Shown here: positions 41,681-53,451 of the stretch, one piece after another | How the letters are laid out: each line of letters opens with the position of its first letter | How positions within the stretch are numbered: the first letter of the stretch is position 1 | Assembly: GCA_035084275.1 (NCBI GenBank) | Contig: CM068742.1 | Location: 78,244,001 to 78,308,000, forward strand | Length of the DNA stretch: 64,000 nucleotides | Direction of reading: 5' to 3' | Source: Hydrolagus colliei | Taxonomy: Eukaryota | The notes under the pieces: model-generated | What the model saw: the letters and a program-made list of their open reading frames with translations, nothing else | What the model was told of the DNA's origin: nothing | The model's database searches: none | Program-made: the position numbers and the translations under genes

Positions 41681-42391
41681 GAACTCTTGTAGCTCAGTGG
41701 TTAGAGCACTCGCCTTTCAAGTGTGAGACCTGTGTTTGAATCCAGGCAAATCAGGGTGAAACCATGGGCAAGTTTCCTTACTCCACACATGCATACCTAA
41801 TAATAATCTATCCCAAAAAAATCAACAATGATAAAATTGGTCATTTCAATCCACGACTGTTTGTGGGAGACACTGCTATGCGCAATTAGCTGCCATGTTT
41901 TGCCCACAAATATACAGTCAGTTCACTTTACAGTATATTCTGTGAAGCGCTTTGACACATCGATAAGATGTAAAAATCGCTATATCAAATGAAAGGATTA
42001 TTATCTCTGAGGAATCCTGTAGCGAGTGGTTAGAGCATTTGCCTTGGAAGTGTGACAACCTCAATTTGATTGCGGGGCAGAGCGAAACGTTGGGCAAGTT
42101 TCCTTATTCCACACAGCTCTGCTTACTTTGCAGCAAATAGAACCACGGTTGTTTGTCAATTGTTGGATCATTTTTCTGTGGATAAAAATCTCTTCTAATT
42201 TTTTTAAAATATTAATAATAATTTGGTAATTCAATCCATGACTGTTTGTGGGACACTGCTGTGCACAGTTGGCTGCAGCATTTCACCACAAAACATACAG
42301 TCAATTAACTTCAGAGTGTAGTCTTTAAAACTCTAAAAGTCTAGAAGATATGATAAAGTGCTATATAAAATGGAAGGATTATTATCTCTGA
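41681..42391 (+). mobile_element. Two head-to-tail SINE copies (short variant 41681-42004, long variant 42011-42385)
   Basis: Two tRNA heads and two tails. The second copy is flanked by TTATCTCTGA (42001-42010 and 42382-42391). Confidence 0.85.
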
Positions 42392-43498
42392 ATGATTGGC
42401 AGCAGTTTTAAATGTACTTCATCAGTGATGCAGCACTGAAACTAAGTTCAAATATTTTGTAAATGGAAATGGGAAAAGTGAGAGTGTAAGAGACTAGCAA
42501 TGAATGAATAAGTAAAGCATATCTTAACATGGTAATTCCGGGTACTGCTGCTTTAATTTTACAGCAAGAAAGGATCTTTGTCCAAAAAGCAGGAGCTAAA
42601 GGGCTTAAAAGTCATGAAAATGAGATTATCTAGTGGAACCCACATGACTGCTACAAAGAGACAGTGTCAGATTTCTAAATTGTAAGGGATGAATTTCTGC
42701 TTGTACATTGGGTCCAATTGTGCATGTGAGTGTGAGGAGGAAGCAGTAAAATGACAGTAGGCATGTGAGCAGACTATAATTTTGATAAGAAGCATATTTC
42801 GCATAGTTTAAAGATGGATCATTTCTTCTGTTTCTCACCATTCTTTGTTCTATCTGTATTAGCTCCCATCCTGCAGCTTACATCCCAGTCAAAGCACTCG
42901 GGTCACCATTCTTGCTGCAGAACGGGCTATCCAAGAGGCACTGTGTGAAAGGTTGACTTTGGCAGCAGTTTCCGCTCTTTTCTCCACGTGGAAGAAATAA
43001 ATGAGTCACTTCAATCCACGACTGTTTGTGGGACACTGCTGTGTGCAATTGGCTGCCACTTTTCGCCAACAACATATCAATCGATTCATTTTACAGTATA
43101 TACAGTGAAGCACTTTGAGACGTCTCAAACACATGATAAGGCACTATATCAAATGCAAGGGTTATTACTTGGTGATCATCTTTGAAACCCATTATGAAAC
43201 CAAACCTGAGCCAAATCAGAGATGTGCTAACACTTCCAGCTTCATGCTAGAGTGCTCGTTCAACTCAGAAATTAAAGGTACCAGATAGAGATTACATTCC
43301 CAGGATTTAGGGAGTAACTAAAATTCCATACGGTAATACCGTATGGTAATTGTGCTCTCCAAATCCCAGGATTCATTGAAGAGATTCCAAGAATTTCACA
43401 TTAAAATCTGAAATTCCAGAATTTTGAAAGAGCCCCAGGATTGCACCCCTATACCAGACTATATAATAATGATGATGATGATAATAATAATAATCCTT

Positions 43499-43777
43499 CC
43501 GGGCCTTCAGTTTCTCCGCTCCCACCTTATGGAATGCCATCCCTCAATCCCTCCGTTTCGCCTCTTCCCTTTCCTCTTTCAAGGCCGATTTGAAGACTTT
43601 CCTCTTCGATCGTGCCTTTTGTTCCACCCTGAACTCTTTTACCTCCCCTTCGTGTTTCACCCCTTCCCAAACACTCCCCTCCCAGCTCGGGTCACACACC
43701 TCTTGTTTAGCGCCTTGGGACGTCCTCCCGATGTGAAAGGCGCTATATAAATGTAAATTGTTGTTGTTGTTGTTGTT
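43499..43777 (+). mobile_element. Young L2 3' end inserted into a SINE tail
   Basis: Ends GCGCCTTGGGACGTCCTCCCGATGTGAAAGGCGCTATATAAATGTAAA(TTG)n and is near-identical to 46239-46372. Confidence 0.75.
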
Positions 43778-44091
43778 GATATAGCACTTTGCACATCTCC
43801 TAGATGTCTCAAAGTGCTTCATAGAATATACTCTGAAGTAAAATGACTGTATATTTGTGGGCAACATGCACACCAGAGTTCCACAAACCATCATGGATTA
43901 AGTGAATTAATTATTACATTTTTTGAAGGATTATTAGCCCCGAAAACAAGGTATCCGACTTGTTTTCTACTTACTGCTTGGTAAATAATATGTGGGGTAA
44001 GAAAACTTGCCCAACATTTCTCCCTGCCATGTATAGAACCCAGGTCTCTCACTTGCAACACAATTGCTCTGATCACTGAGCTACAGGACTC
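43778..44091 (-). mobile_element. Same SINE family (long variant), tail displaced to 43465-43498
   Basis: Reverse-complement head ...CACTGAGCTACAGGACTC at 44074-44091. Confidence 0.8.
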
Positions 44092-44854
44092 TTCTGATCA
44101 GCATTGCAAAATCTTGTGAAGCGCTTTGAGATGTCTCAACTAAGTGATAACGTCCTACGTCAAATGCAAGGATTACTATCATAATGGCAGTTTAACAGGG
44201 GAGGTGCGACAATGAATAGCTAAGAGTGTCTCCCAATCTCATCACACTGTGTATGAGATTTCCTGATAACAAGGTGACATATCACCTAGAAGCAATCTAT
44301 TTGTCTAAATAAAGGATAGCAAACAATTAGAATAGATTATCAAATGTTACCGTGGGCAATTCATGAAAGAAACTGTTTGATGCTGCATTAGGAAGTTGGC
44401 AATGCTGGTATTCTGCAAGGACAAAAAACTAAATGGATCAAAGTGCCGTCTTCACAGGAACTTCTCTTGTGATCTTGTGATCAGATGCTTTAACCCCTGC
44501 AGCAATCCCATTCAATCTAATATGTGTTTGATGTTAGACGGGAGAGTCCCAAATGAAAGAATGATCTGGAAGATGTTTATGATTAACTGTTCCAAAGGGG
44601 AATAAAAGATAAATATACCATATCCCACCAGAATCATCCTGATCAAGATTGGCAAACACGACACTGGGAAAAGTGTTGACACGATAAAAATAAACAACTA
44701 AATTATCTCTTAATATCTTGCAAAGCAGAAAGTGCCCTGGAGTAATTTAGAATCTAACCTCAGTAATGAGCACAGAGTAAAGAGAATATTGAAGGACACT
44801 ATTTTATTCACTTTGAGGTAGTTTTTCATGTCTCCCAAATTCACCGGGATGGAG

Positions 44855-45360
44855 GTCCAGAGTATGGGGGCAGAGAGAGTGAAAGCCTGCCTGCCGATGG
44901 TAGGGTGGGTCGGGCGGGGGTCATGGAGCAGGCTGGAGCCCACTGAATGGAAGGGGTAGGGAAGTTTATAGGGGGACAGCAGGTCAGAAAGGTTTGGGGA
45001 TGGGGGCAAGGCCATGAATGGCCTTGAAAGTGAGGATCTTGAATTCGAACTCTAGGGAATGGGGAGCCAATGGAGCCGGGCGAGGGTGGGAGTGATGTGG
45101 TCGCGGAGCTTGGTGTGCATAAGGACATGAGCTGCAGAGTTCTGGATGATCTGCAGCTTGTGAAGGGAAGAACCAGGAAGGCCGACGAGGAGGGAGTTTC
45201 CATACTCGAGCTTTGATGTGACGAATGCGTGGACTAGAGTTTCGGCAGCCTGAGGGATGAGTCAGTGGTGGAGTCTGGCGATGTTGCAAACGTAGTGGAA
45301 GGCAGTACTGCTCATGGTGCAGATGTGGGGGAATTAGGACAGTTCAGGGTCGAACAAGAC
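44855..45360 (-). mobile_element. L2 LINE internal fragment
   Basis: EFKILTFKAIHGLAP and IGRQAFTLSAPILW remnants. Confidence 0.75.
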
Positions 45361-45584
45361 GACCAACAGCAATGACAACAACTTGCATTTATCTAGTGCT
45401 CTTCACGCAGGGTAACATCCCAGACCGCTTTATACTCTGCCATGTTGCACCACTTGACATATTGTTACTTAAAGTTCCTTCCACAAAATATAAAGTCAAA
45501 TTCACTTTACAGTATAATCTGTGAAGCACTTTGAGGTGTCTTGATGATGTGATAAGTCACTGTATCAAATGTAACAATTCTCAT

Positions 45585-46105
45585 TCATAGAATCATAGAA
45601 TTTTATGGCACAAAGAGGGGCCATTTGGCCCATCTAGTCTATGCCGGTTCTTTGAAAACAGCAACTCAATCCCCCCATAACCTAACAGACCTCTTCTCCC
45701 TAAATAAAGATCTAATTCTCTTTTAAAAGCTGTTAACTAATCGGCCTCCACCACCTTTTCAGGCAATGCATTACAGATTCGAACAACTGGCTGAGTGAAA
45801 ATACTTCCCCTCAGCTCCCCTCTGCTTCATTTTGAAACTATTTTAAATCCGTGACCACGAGTCACAGAATCGCCCACCAGTGGAAACAGTTTTTCCTTAT
45901 TCACCCTGTCGAATCCCCTCATGATAATCCTCTATTAGGTCTCCTCTCAACCTTCTCTGTTCTAATAAGAATAAACCTAACCTTTCCTCATAACTGAAGT
46001 CCCTCAATCCTGGTACCATTCTAGTAAACTTTCTTTGCACACTTTCCAATGCCTTAGCATCCTTTCTATAGTGTGGTGACCAGAATTGGACACACTACTC
46101 CAGCT
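45585..46105 (-). mobile_element. CR1 LINE 3' fragment, same subfamily as 20665-21458
   Basis: Reverse-complement match over ~500 bp, with a (CATAGAAT)n tail at 45586-45601. Confidence 0.88.
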
Positions 46106-46238
46106 TTATTATTATAAAGTTGCCTTGGGACGTCCTCCTGACTGCAAAGATGCTATACAAGGGTCATTTTGTTATTGTTGTTGTATAAAGTCTGTGTAGA
46201 CTGGTGTACCTTCCAAGCTTATCTCATTTCAAACGCTA

Positions 46239-46372
46239 TTTACCTCCCCTTCGTGTTTCACCCCTTCCCAAACACTCCCCTCCCAGCTCGGGTCACACGC
46301 CTCTTGTTTAGCGCCTTGGGACGACCTCCCGACGTGAAAGGCGCTATATAAATGTAAATTGTTGTTGCTGTT
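46239..46372 (+). mobile_element. Young L2 3' end (short copy)
   Basis: About three substitutions relative to 43638-43770. Confidence 0.75.
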
Positions 46373-47371
46373 ATGTAAGATGCAGATGACACAACCCTTC
46401 TCCTCAAGGTTCTTCTGATAATCTAGCAAAGAGTATAGGCTGAACGTACTCTGAATGTTAGGATGAGGACCTTGCCCAAAATGGAAACTGGAAATTTCCC
46501 ATTTATCCTGAGTAGATTCAACTCCAAATAAAATGAATTTGGTAATGAATTTAGTACACTCAAAACTCTCCATAGCCTTGCTCCCCCTACCTCAGCAAGC
46601 TACTAACCCCCCATGTATACATTTTTCCGGATTTGACGGTCAAATAATGTGCCCCGGAGAAAAGGGCTTGTCATTATCATGACCTTCTTATGTGCCATTT
46701 GACAGTGCTTACTGTAAAGGGCTTTGAGACATTTGAACAGGGTATCGTGTTATGGAAATGCAAATTTGTCTGCTTTCCTTCGCAGAGTCAATGTAGCATT
46801 TGAACCCAAAGAGACTGACAAAGTAATTATTGTGCAGCAGCTTGTCTTCCTCACATCTCCAAGGAGATAGACTGTTGATTGAAATCTTAGACTGTCTCTT
46901 AAAGTTACTCCTATTCAACTTTCCAAGAAGAGTGAGCAAAATGCACAACGTGGCAGCATGTTCATTGTGCAGGATGAACTTGCCCCTTGCACATGATTCA
47001 TCTGTGTTGGACATGTTGTTCACTTAACATGAGTAAGTAAGTGTTGCTCACACAGTCCCAGCATTTACTCAGTGAGCACTGAATGCTCAGCTGAATGTTA
47101 ATGTTGTTAGATGTACTGTAATTGTATGTTAATGTTGCTAGATATATACACAGCTCTGAATGTTTTGTACATATGTAGGTTGAAATATTGGTGTTGAGCT
47201 GAATATGGGCTCAGTGTGATAGTCCAGGGTGGTGCAATGTTTTAATGGAATTATTGTCAACCGTGATGTGGGCTCAGTCTGCTTCTGTTGTGATACCATT
47301 AAGATGTTTAATAAGTCTTAAAGAAATTATTATTTTTTCTTAGATAATAGGGTAGCTGAAAAATAACAACA

Positions 47372-48375
47372 TCAAAAAATTGCATTTGTATAGCGCCTTT
47401 CATGTTGGAATGACATCCCAAGGTGCTGGACAGACAGTATTCCGGAGCCGAGATGGGGGTAGGGATTGGGGAGGAGGGAGGGCTGGGGGTGAAGGGGATT
47501 GATCGAAAGCATGGTCAAAAAGGAGGACGTGGAGATAGATATTGAATGATGCAAGGAATGAGGTGAGGTCGTTCCAGAGGGTGGCGGCAGAGTGGCTGAC
47601 TGCCTGCCGGCCAATGGTAGAGCAGCTGAGGCGTGGGATAGGAAGCAGGCATGAGCACACTGAGCAGAGTGAGTGGATAGGTTGGTAGCAGGTTGGTAGG
47701 TTGTATAGGTAGGGTGGAGCAAGGCCATGGAGGGCTTTGAAGGTGAGGACCTGGATCTTGAATTGTAGTCTTGGTGCAATGGGAAGCAAGTGGAGTTGGG
47801 CAAAAGTGGGGATGATATGGTCACAGAGCTTAGTTTGGGAGATGACACAGGCTAAAGAGGTTTGAATGATCTGCTGCTGGTGGATGTTCGAGTTGGGGAG
47901 GCTGATAAGCAAGGGGTTAGCATTGTCAAGCCTGGATGTTATGAATGCATTTATGAGAGTTTTGACAGTGGTGAGACAGTGGTGGAGCCAGGCAATGTTG
48001 TGGAGTTGGGGGAAGTCAGAGCAGGTCATGGCAAGATCAGGGGTAGAAAGGATAGTTGAGGATGAAAGAAAACCTCAAGGATCTGGACTGTCTTAGCGAA
48101 ATGGAATGTGCATCCATAGATGGTAATGCTTTCAGCACCCAAGGTGTGGAAGTGCTGATGAGAACCAATCAGGAGGGCCTTGGTCTTGTCGATGTTCAAC
48201 TGAAGAAAGTTAGCTCTCATTGAGAACTTGATGTCTGATGGACATTTTATCATGACAGCGGTGATCCTGGAGTCAAGGGTAAAGGCAGACTGATACAGTT
48301 GTGCATCATCCGTGCACATGTGGAAGTTGACCCCATATCTACAAATGATATCACCAAGTGGGAGCAGGGGCTAGA
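47372..48375 (-). mobile_element. L2 LINE 3' fragment
   Basis: Minus-strand ORFs with TDDAQLY (YADD-derived), NFLQLNIDKT, AFITSRLDNAN and FKIQVLTFKALHGLAPPYL, followed by an L2-type tail. Confidence 0.88.
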
Positions 48376-48659
48376 GGAGAAACCATTTGATAAGAAACTG
48401 ATCTAGTCATGTAGAAATGCATTAATGAATACTGCACTGCAATAGTGGAACTGTACTTTTCAAGTGGAAATTCGATCCATCAAAGATGCTCATATCGCAT
48501 TTCTGCATTTTATGGTACAGGAAGAGTTAAAAATGCACAAAGAAGTGGACGGCCTCAAATAGCATGAACAGTTGGGAATATGGAATCAGTTAGAGGAGCA
48601 GTTGATCGGACGTCCTAAAAAATCCTGTGCAATGTCTGTCTCAAGACAGTCTGTGGGAA

Positions 48660-49303
48660 AAATAATAGCGTTTATTTCAAAAGGTTTAGAGTATAAGAGT
48701 AGGGAAGTCTTGCTGCTACTGTATAGGGCTCTGGTGAGACCGCACCTAAGAGTATTGTGTGCAGTTTTGGTCTCCTTATTTAAAAAAGGACATACTTGCC
48801 TTAGAGGGGTAGATTCACTAGGTTAGTTCCTGGGATGAGGGGACTGACCTATGAGGATAGGTTGAATAAACTAGGGCTGTATTCTCTAGAGTACAGAAGA
48901 ATTAGGGGGGATCTTATTGAAACATATAAGATTCTTAAAGGGCTAGATAAAGTAGACACTGAGGGACTGTTTCCCCTGGTAGGAGAATCTATAACCAGGG
49001 GTCACAGTCTTAAAATTAAGGGTCAGCCTTTTAGAACAGAGTTGATGAAACATTTCTTCACTCACAGGGTAATGAATTTATGGAATTCACTACCCCAGAA
49101 GGCTGTAGATGCTCAGTCCTTGAACATTTTCAAGGCTGAGACTGATAAAAAAAATTTAAATAGAGGGATTAGGGGATATGGGGATAGGGTAGGTAATCAG
49201 AGTTAGGGAGAAGATCAGCCATGATCTTATTGAATGGCGGAGCAGGCTTGAGGGGCCGAATGGTCTACTCCTGCTCATAATTCTTATGTTCTTATGTTCT
49301 TAT
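48660..49303 (+). mobile_element. CR1 LINE 3' fragment (second subfamily)
   Basis: ORF 48835-49206 (LTYEDRLNKLGLYSLEYRRIRGDLIETYKIL...TRGHSLK...LWNSLP) and a (TTCTTATG)n tail. Confidence 0.9.
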
Positions 49304-50264
49304 AGTCTCAAGATTAATTGTCAGCCTTTTCGAACAGAGTTGAGAAAACATTTCTTCACTCAGAGGATAGTGAATTTATGGAATTCTCTTCACATCTTCT
49401 CTGATCCTCATCTCTGCACAGATTCCTGACATTAGGGGCTGCAACTTGGATTTTAGACACACCAACAACAAAATAACGCCTTTCACACTGTGTGAAAACA
49501 GTCAGGGGTCAGGAGTCCACCTCATGGGGGAGTGGGGTGGGCAGGTTGGGATGAGGGAGGGCAGAGCGATAGGAAAGCGACTGAACGCATGGTCAAAAAG
49601 GAGTGTCTTGAGGCTGGCCTTGAAGGAAGCAAGGAGGGAGCAAGGTGAAGGGATTGTGGGATGGAGTTCCAAAGAATGGGGGCAGAGATGTGTGGCCCAC
49701 CAAGGCATCGACCCAACTTTTTTTGCAGGAGCAAATTTTAAATCCAATCGTAGAGAGAACACTAACTTAATTGACTTAGCTTCTTGATCTCCTCATTGGG
49801 ACATCCTCCCGACATAAATGTCAAAACAGTCTGACTCCATTATTAAGTATCACTGGAGCACAAACTCAGTTCAACCTCAGGTGTTTTGTAAACGCACATC
49901 AACTGGACCTGTAGTAGACTTTTGACTTCTTGTGCTAACCAGGTAACATTCTGCACATGCATGCAGGGCTGGAAATGACATCAGTTATCACCTGGTGATC
50001 TAAAAGAGAGACAGCTTTTATTCTCAGACTCATTCTTATACAGTGACTAACTTATTGAATCCAATACATGGGGCATCTATGTATTCGACACTAGGTCAGA
50101 ATTGGAGCAGATGAGACATTAAATCAAAGTGTCATCTGCTGTTCGGTTAGAGGTTAAAGATCTAAGGTACTATTAGAAAAATAAGTTTCTCCTGGTTTCT
50201 TGGCCAACAATCACCCAGATAAAATTGGTCATTCACCTCATTGTTGTTTGTATATTTCTATTAT

Positions 50265-50542
50265 CATCATAATAATAATCCTTGCATTTGATGTAGCGCT
50301 TCTCACATCTTCCAGATGTCTCAACCTGTTTCACAGAATATACTGTAAGGTGAATTGACTGTATATTTGTGGGCGAAACGTAGCAGTGTCCTACAAACAG
50401 TCGTGGATTGAAATGACCAATTTTTTTTCTTGAAGGATTATTATCAGGCGTGTGGAGTAAGGAAACTTAACCCAAGGTTTCGCCTGCCGGGAATTGAACC
50501 CCTGTCTCTTGCTTGTAAGGCGAGTGCTCTAACCACTGAGCT
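50265..50542 (-). mobile_element. Same SINE family (short variant)
   Basis: Reverse-complement A and B boxes and an (AAT)n tail. Confidence 0.85.
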
Positions 50543-53317
50543 GTTTGTAAGGTGTTGCTCTATGCAAACTGACTGGCGAGTTTGCCTACAAATATACAGG
50601 CACTACACTTTTCAGTAAAATTCTGTGAAGCTCTTTGAGACATTTCAATGATGAGTTGAGCATTACCCTATATCAAGGATTATTCTGATATTATTATTAT
50701 CAGTTGGGCCATTTAATTGTACAATAGCAAAACTAATGTTCCTCATCACACAATTTTGCTACTTTTTTTTGTCTCCCATTGCCAAATGCAAAATAGCCAT
50801 CTCTAGTAATGCTTAATTTAAAGCAACATTTTTTTTAATTTACACACAAACACACACACACACACACACTGTGATAATCCACTGTATCATGTCATTGTAT
50901 GTATTCCTCTATACTCATTATTGTGCTGTTGTGCCAAGTGCACGGGTTGGGGGGTGGGGGTTACACAGTGAACAAAATAAAGTATGGGGTGCATGAGTGT
51001 AAAATGGCATTAATTATTCAACTGTATTAAAGTGGAGGCATTTTATGAAATATCATAAATTTCATTATAAAATTGAAGCTAGCATTTCTAATTTTCAACT
51101 GGAATGTTATAACAATAAAAAATCATAATTTGGTCACTCAATCCGCGAATGACATTGGACACTGCTGTGCTCAATTGGCTGCCACATTTCACCCACAAAA
51201 TACAGTCAATCCACTATACAGAACGTTTCGTGATGTGCTTAGAGAGGTTTCAATGCTGTGATAAAGCTCTATATCAAATGCAAGGATCTCTATATCAAAA
51301 TGTACATTTTCTGTTAATTAAAATTAAGTCCATTTGAAGTAGCTGTGGTAAATCTTGAGTCACATTTACTCCGCCTTACACAACTCTTCCAGCTAGTAGC
51401 TATATCCTTGTCACACTGGAGCACAAAGCAAAATTAACCATCATTGTTGAACGAGTTTTGCAGAGTTTGCTACGATGCTGCCGCCGGAATGCTCTAGGGC
51501 TGCCTGTTGGCAACCCAGTACCAATTCTCAGTCATTTCCTCCTCTCAGCTGCCACCGGGGTCACATTATGTGAGACACCTGTTCTGGTGACAGATGCTGT
51601 AGGCTATAGTCCTGTATTTGTGGCATACACAGAATTAAAAAAAACTATTTTTGAAATAAATTATTTTTATTAATGTAGTTACACTGTAAAATCAGTTCTT
51701 GGAACTGGAACGCAATGGAGGCTGATGGAAAGTATGAGATGATTAAATCATCATGACAGCTACAGATTGGGCAAATGTTTTTGCATTTCATGCTGGTCGT
51801 CTGTAAAACAGTTTGAGTGTCTTACAGCACTTGGAGTCATCCACCAATCATGAAAGGTGTTACATCAGATTTAAGGATCATCATTTTTTTATTTGCCCAG
51901 AATCTTATTTGGAATCAAGGCTTATTTACCAACAGCTGCTCCACAACATTTAGGGGTGCAGCATTGCAGTCGGCTGTCGGTGGAGAGACTCAGTGCAATC
52001 AAACACCTCAGAATCTGGAATGTGCTGAGCTGGAGGGGCTGTGGAGCTCCGTACACAGCAGGTCATTCTCAGAGTGTCAGTCATTGTTGACACACCTCTG
52101 CCTATTACTGAAACAGTTCATCTTAAAGTGTTAAAAAAAACTTAATTAATTTTTCAAATAGTTAATGAAATGAAAGCAACTTACCAATAAAAGAGGTAAA
52201 GCCTTTATGGTTGTTTTATGTGGTGTTTTTGAGCACACGTCAGCATTACAGAGGTCTGATGTCCTGGTCATTGGCAGGCCCATACGTCACACCAATGATT
52301 GGACAGAGTGGAGCCAAAAAACTCCTCCGCAGACTGACATGTGTTACAAATTGTCACCTCACTCCCGGTCAATCCAGTGTGAATAGGAGCATCTTAAAAA
52401 AGCACTTTGCATGGCAGTCAGTCGTGTCACTCATGAAGAATATTATCAACTCTCTGTCCAGCAGAAACTTCAAAAGGATTAAACTGAATTTATTTTTTCT
52501 TTAGTATAAAGTAAATTATACAGTATTGCACATTTTTAATGACAACACATAGACATAAAGAGCTTTATTATTATGCCAGATAGATTGCAATAATCTTTTG
52601 AGTTCTATATGGTTAAGTGTTCCTATGCAACTGTGCTGCCAACATCTCCTTTGAGAGAAAAACAATCTTTTGAATAGTTGCCTTGAGGAAACCATGCCTG
52701 TGCAGGAAGGAAAGGGATGTGGAAACAAGGGTTGATGAGCTAATGAGGGGGAAGGGAGTTAATCTACTTACAGTGTTGTACATGGAGATAAAAAAAAGTA
52801 TTCTGGGCAAAATCTCAGAGGATCTATAGAATGAATAGGAAGGATCGGAGGGCAGATTTAAGGCAAACCTGATGGAATCTGAGTTGTTTCCAGTATTATC
52901 TGGTGACTTGGAAAGAATTAACAGGATAATTGACTTAAGTGAGTGCTTAGGTAAATGGCGTGCAAAAGACAGAATTTAATTTTTAATAAAACTGGGGATT
53001 TTTTCAGGCAGAAGCAACTTTTGTGGGAAGGATGACTTGCGCATAATTAGATGGAAAGCTAAGCTGTTGGCACAAAACATAAATACAGTGGTTATGATGC
53101 ATTTCAAATAAATTTGAAGAGAAAAGCAGTTTCTTTGATAAGAAGATAAGAATGAACTGAATCTTGTAGCAGATCAGGTTGCATGGGAGAGGATAGAGTT
53201 CAGGGTAAAAAGAGGACAAAAATACAATGGGAACAAAGGATGCAAGGAAAGTTGAAAATAAGATCAAATATAATAAATAATCAATAGATTACATGTAGTT
53301 TATATTCAGATAAAATG

Positions 53318-53451
53318 TCTCCTCTTATCTGTTTAATATCTGATATGTCTCCTATCTGCAACCATAGATTGAATTGATTTTTGCAACAGAGAGATGGAAT
53401 AGGGGTTTCTTCCAAACACTGGTTTTGCAGTGCCTCCAGGAATAGCACACC
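53318..53451 (+). pseudogene. 5'-truncated, degenerate U2 snRNA copy
   Basis: TCTTATCTGTTTAATATCTGATATGTC...GATTTTTG (Sm-site region)...GAGATGGAATAGG...CTGGTTTTGCAGTGCCTCCAGGAA..GCAC aligns with vertebrate U2 from about nt 39 to the 3' end. It carries internal deletions and lacks the 5' stem and branch-point pairing region. Confidence 0.85.

Noticed and set aside
49322-49390. Second copy of CR1 internal sequence just after the CR1 tail
   Set aside because: A short diverged fragment, most simply an independent CR1 remnant.
50867-50970. CACTGTG...CACAGTG possible CACTA-type MITE
   Set aside because: The inverted match is only 7 bp, abuts a CA repeat, and has no matching TSD.
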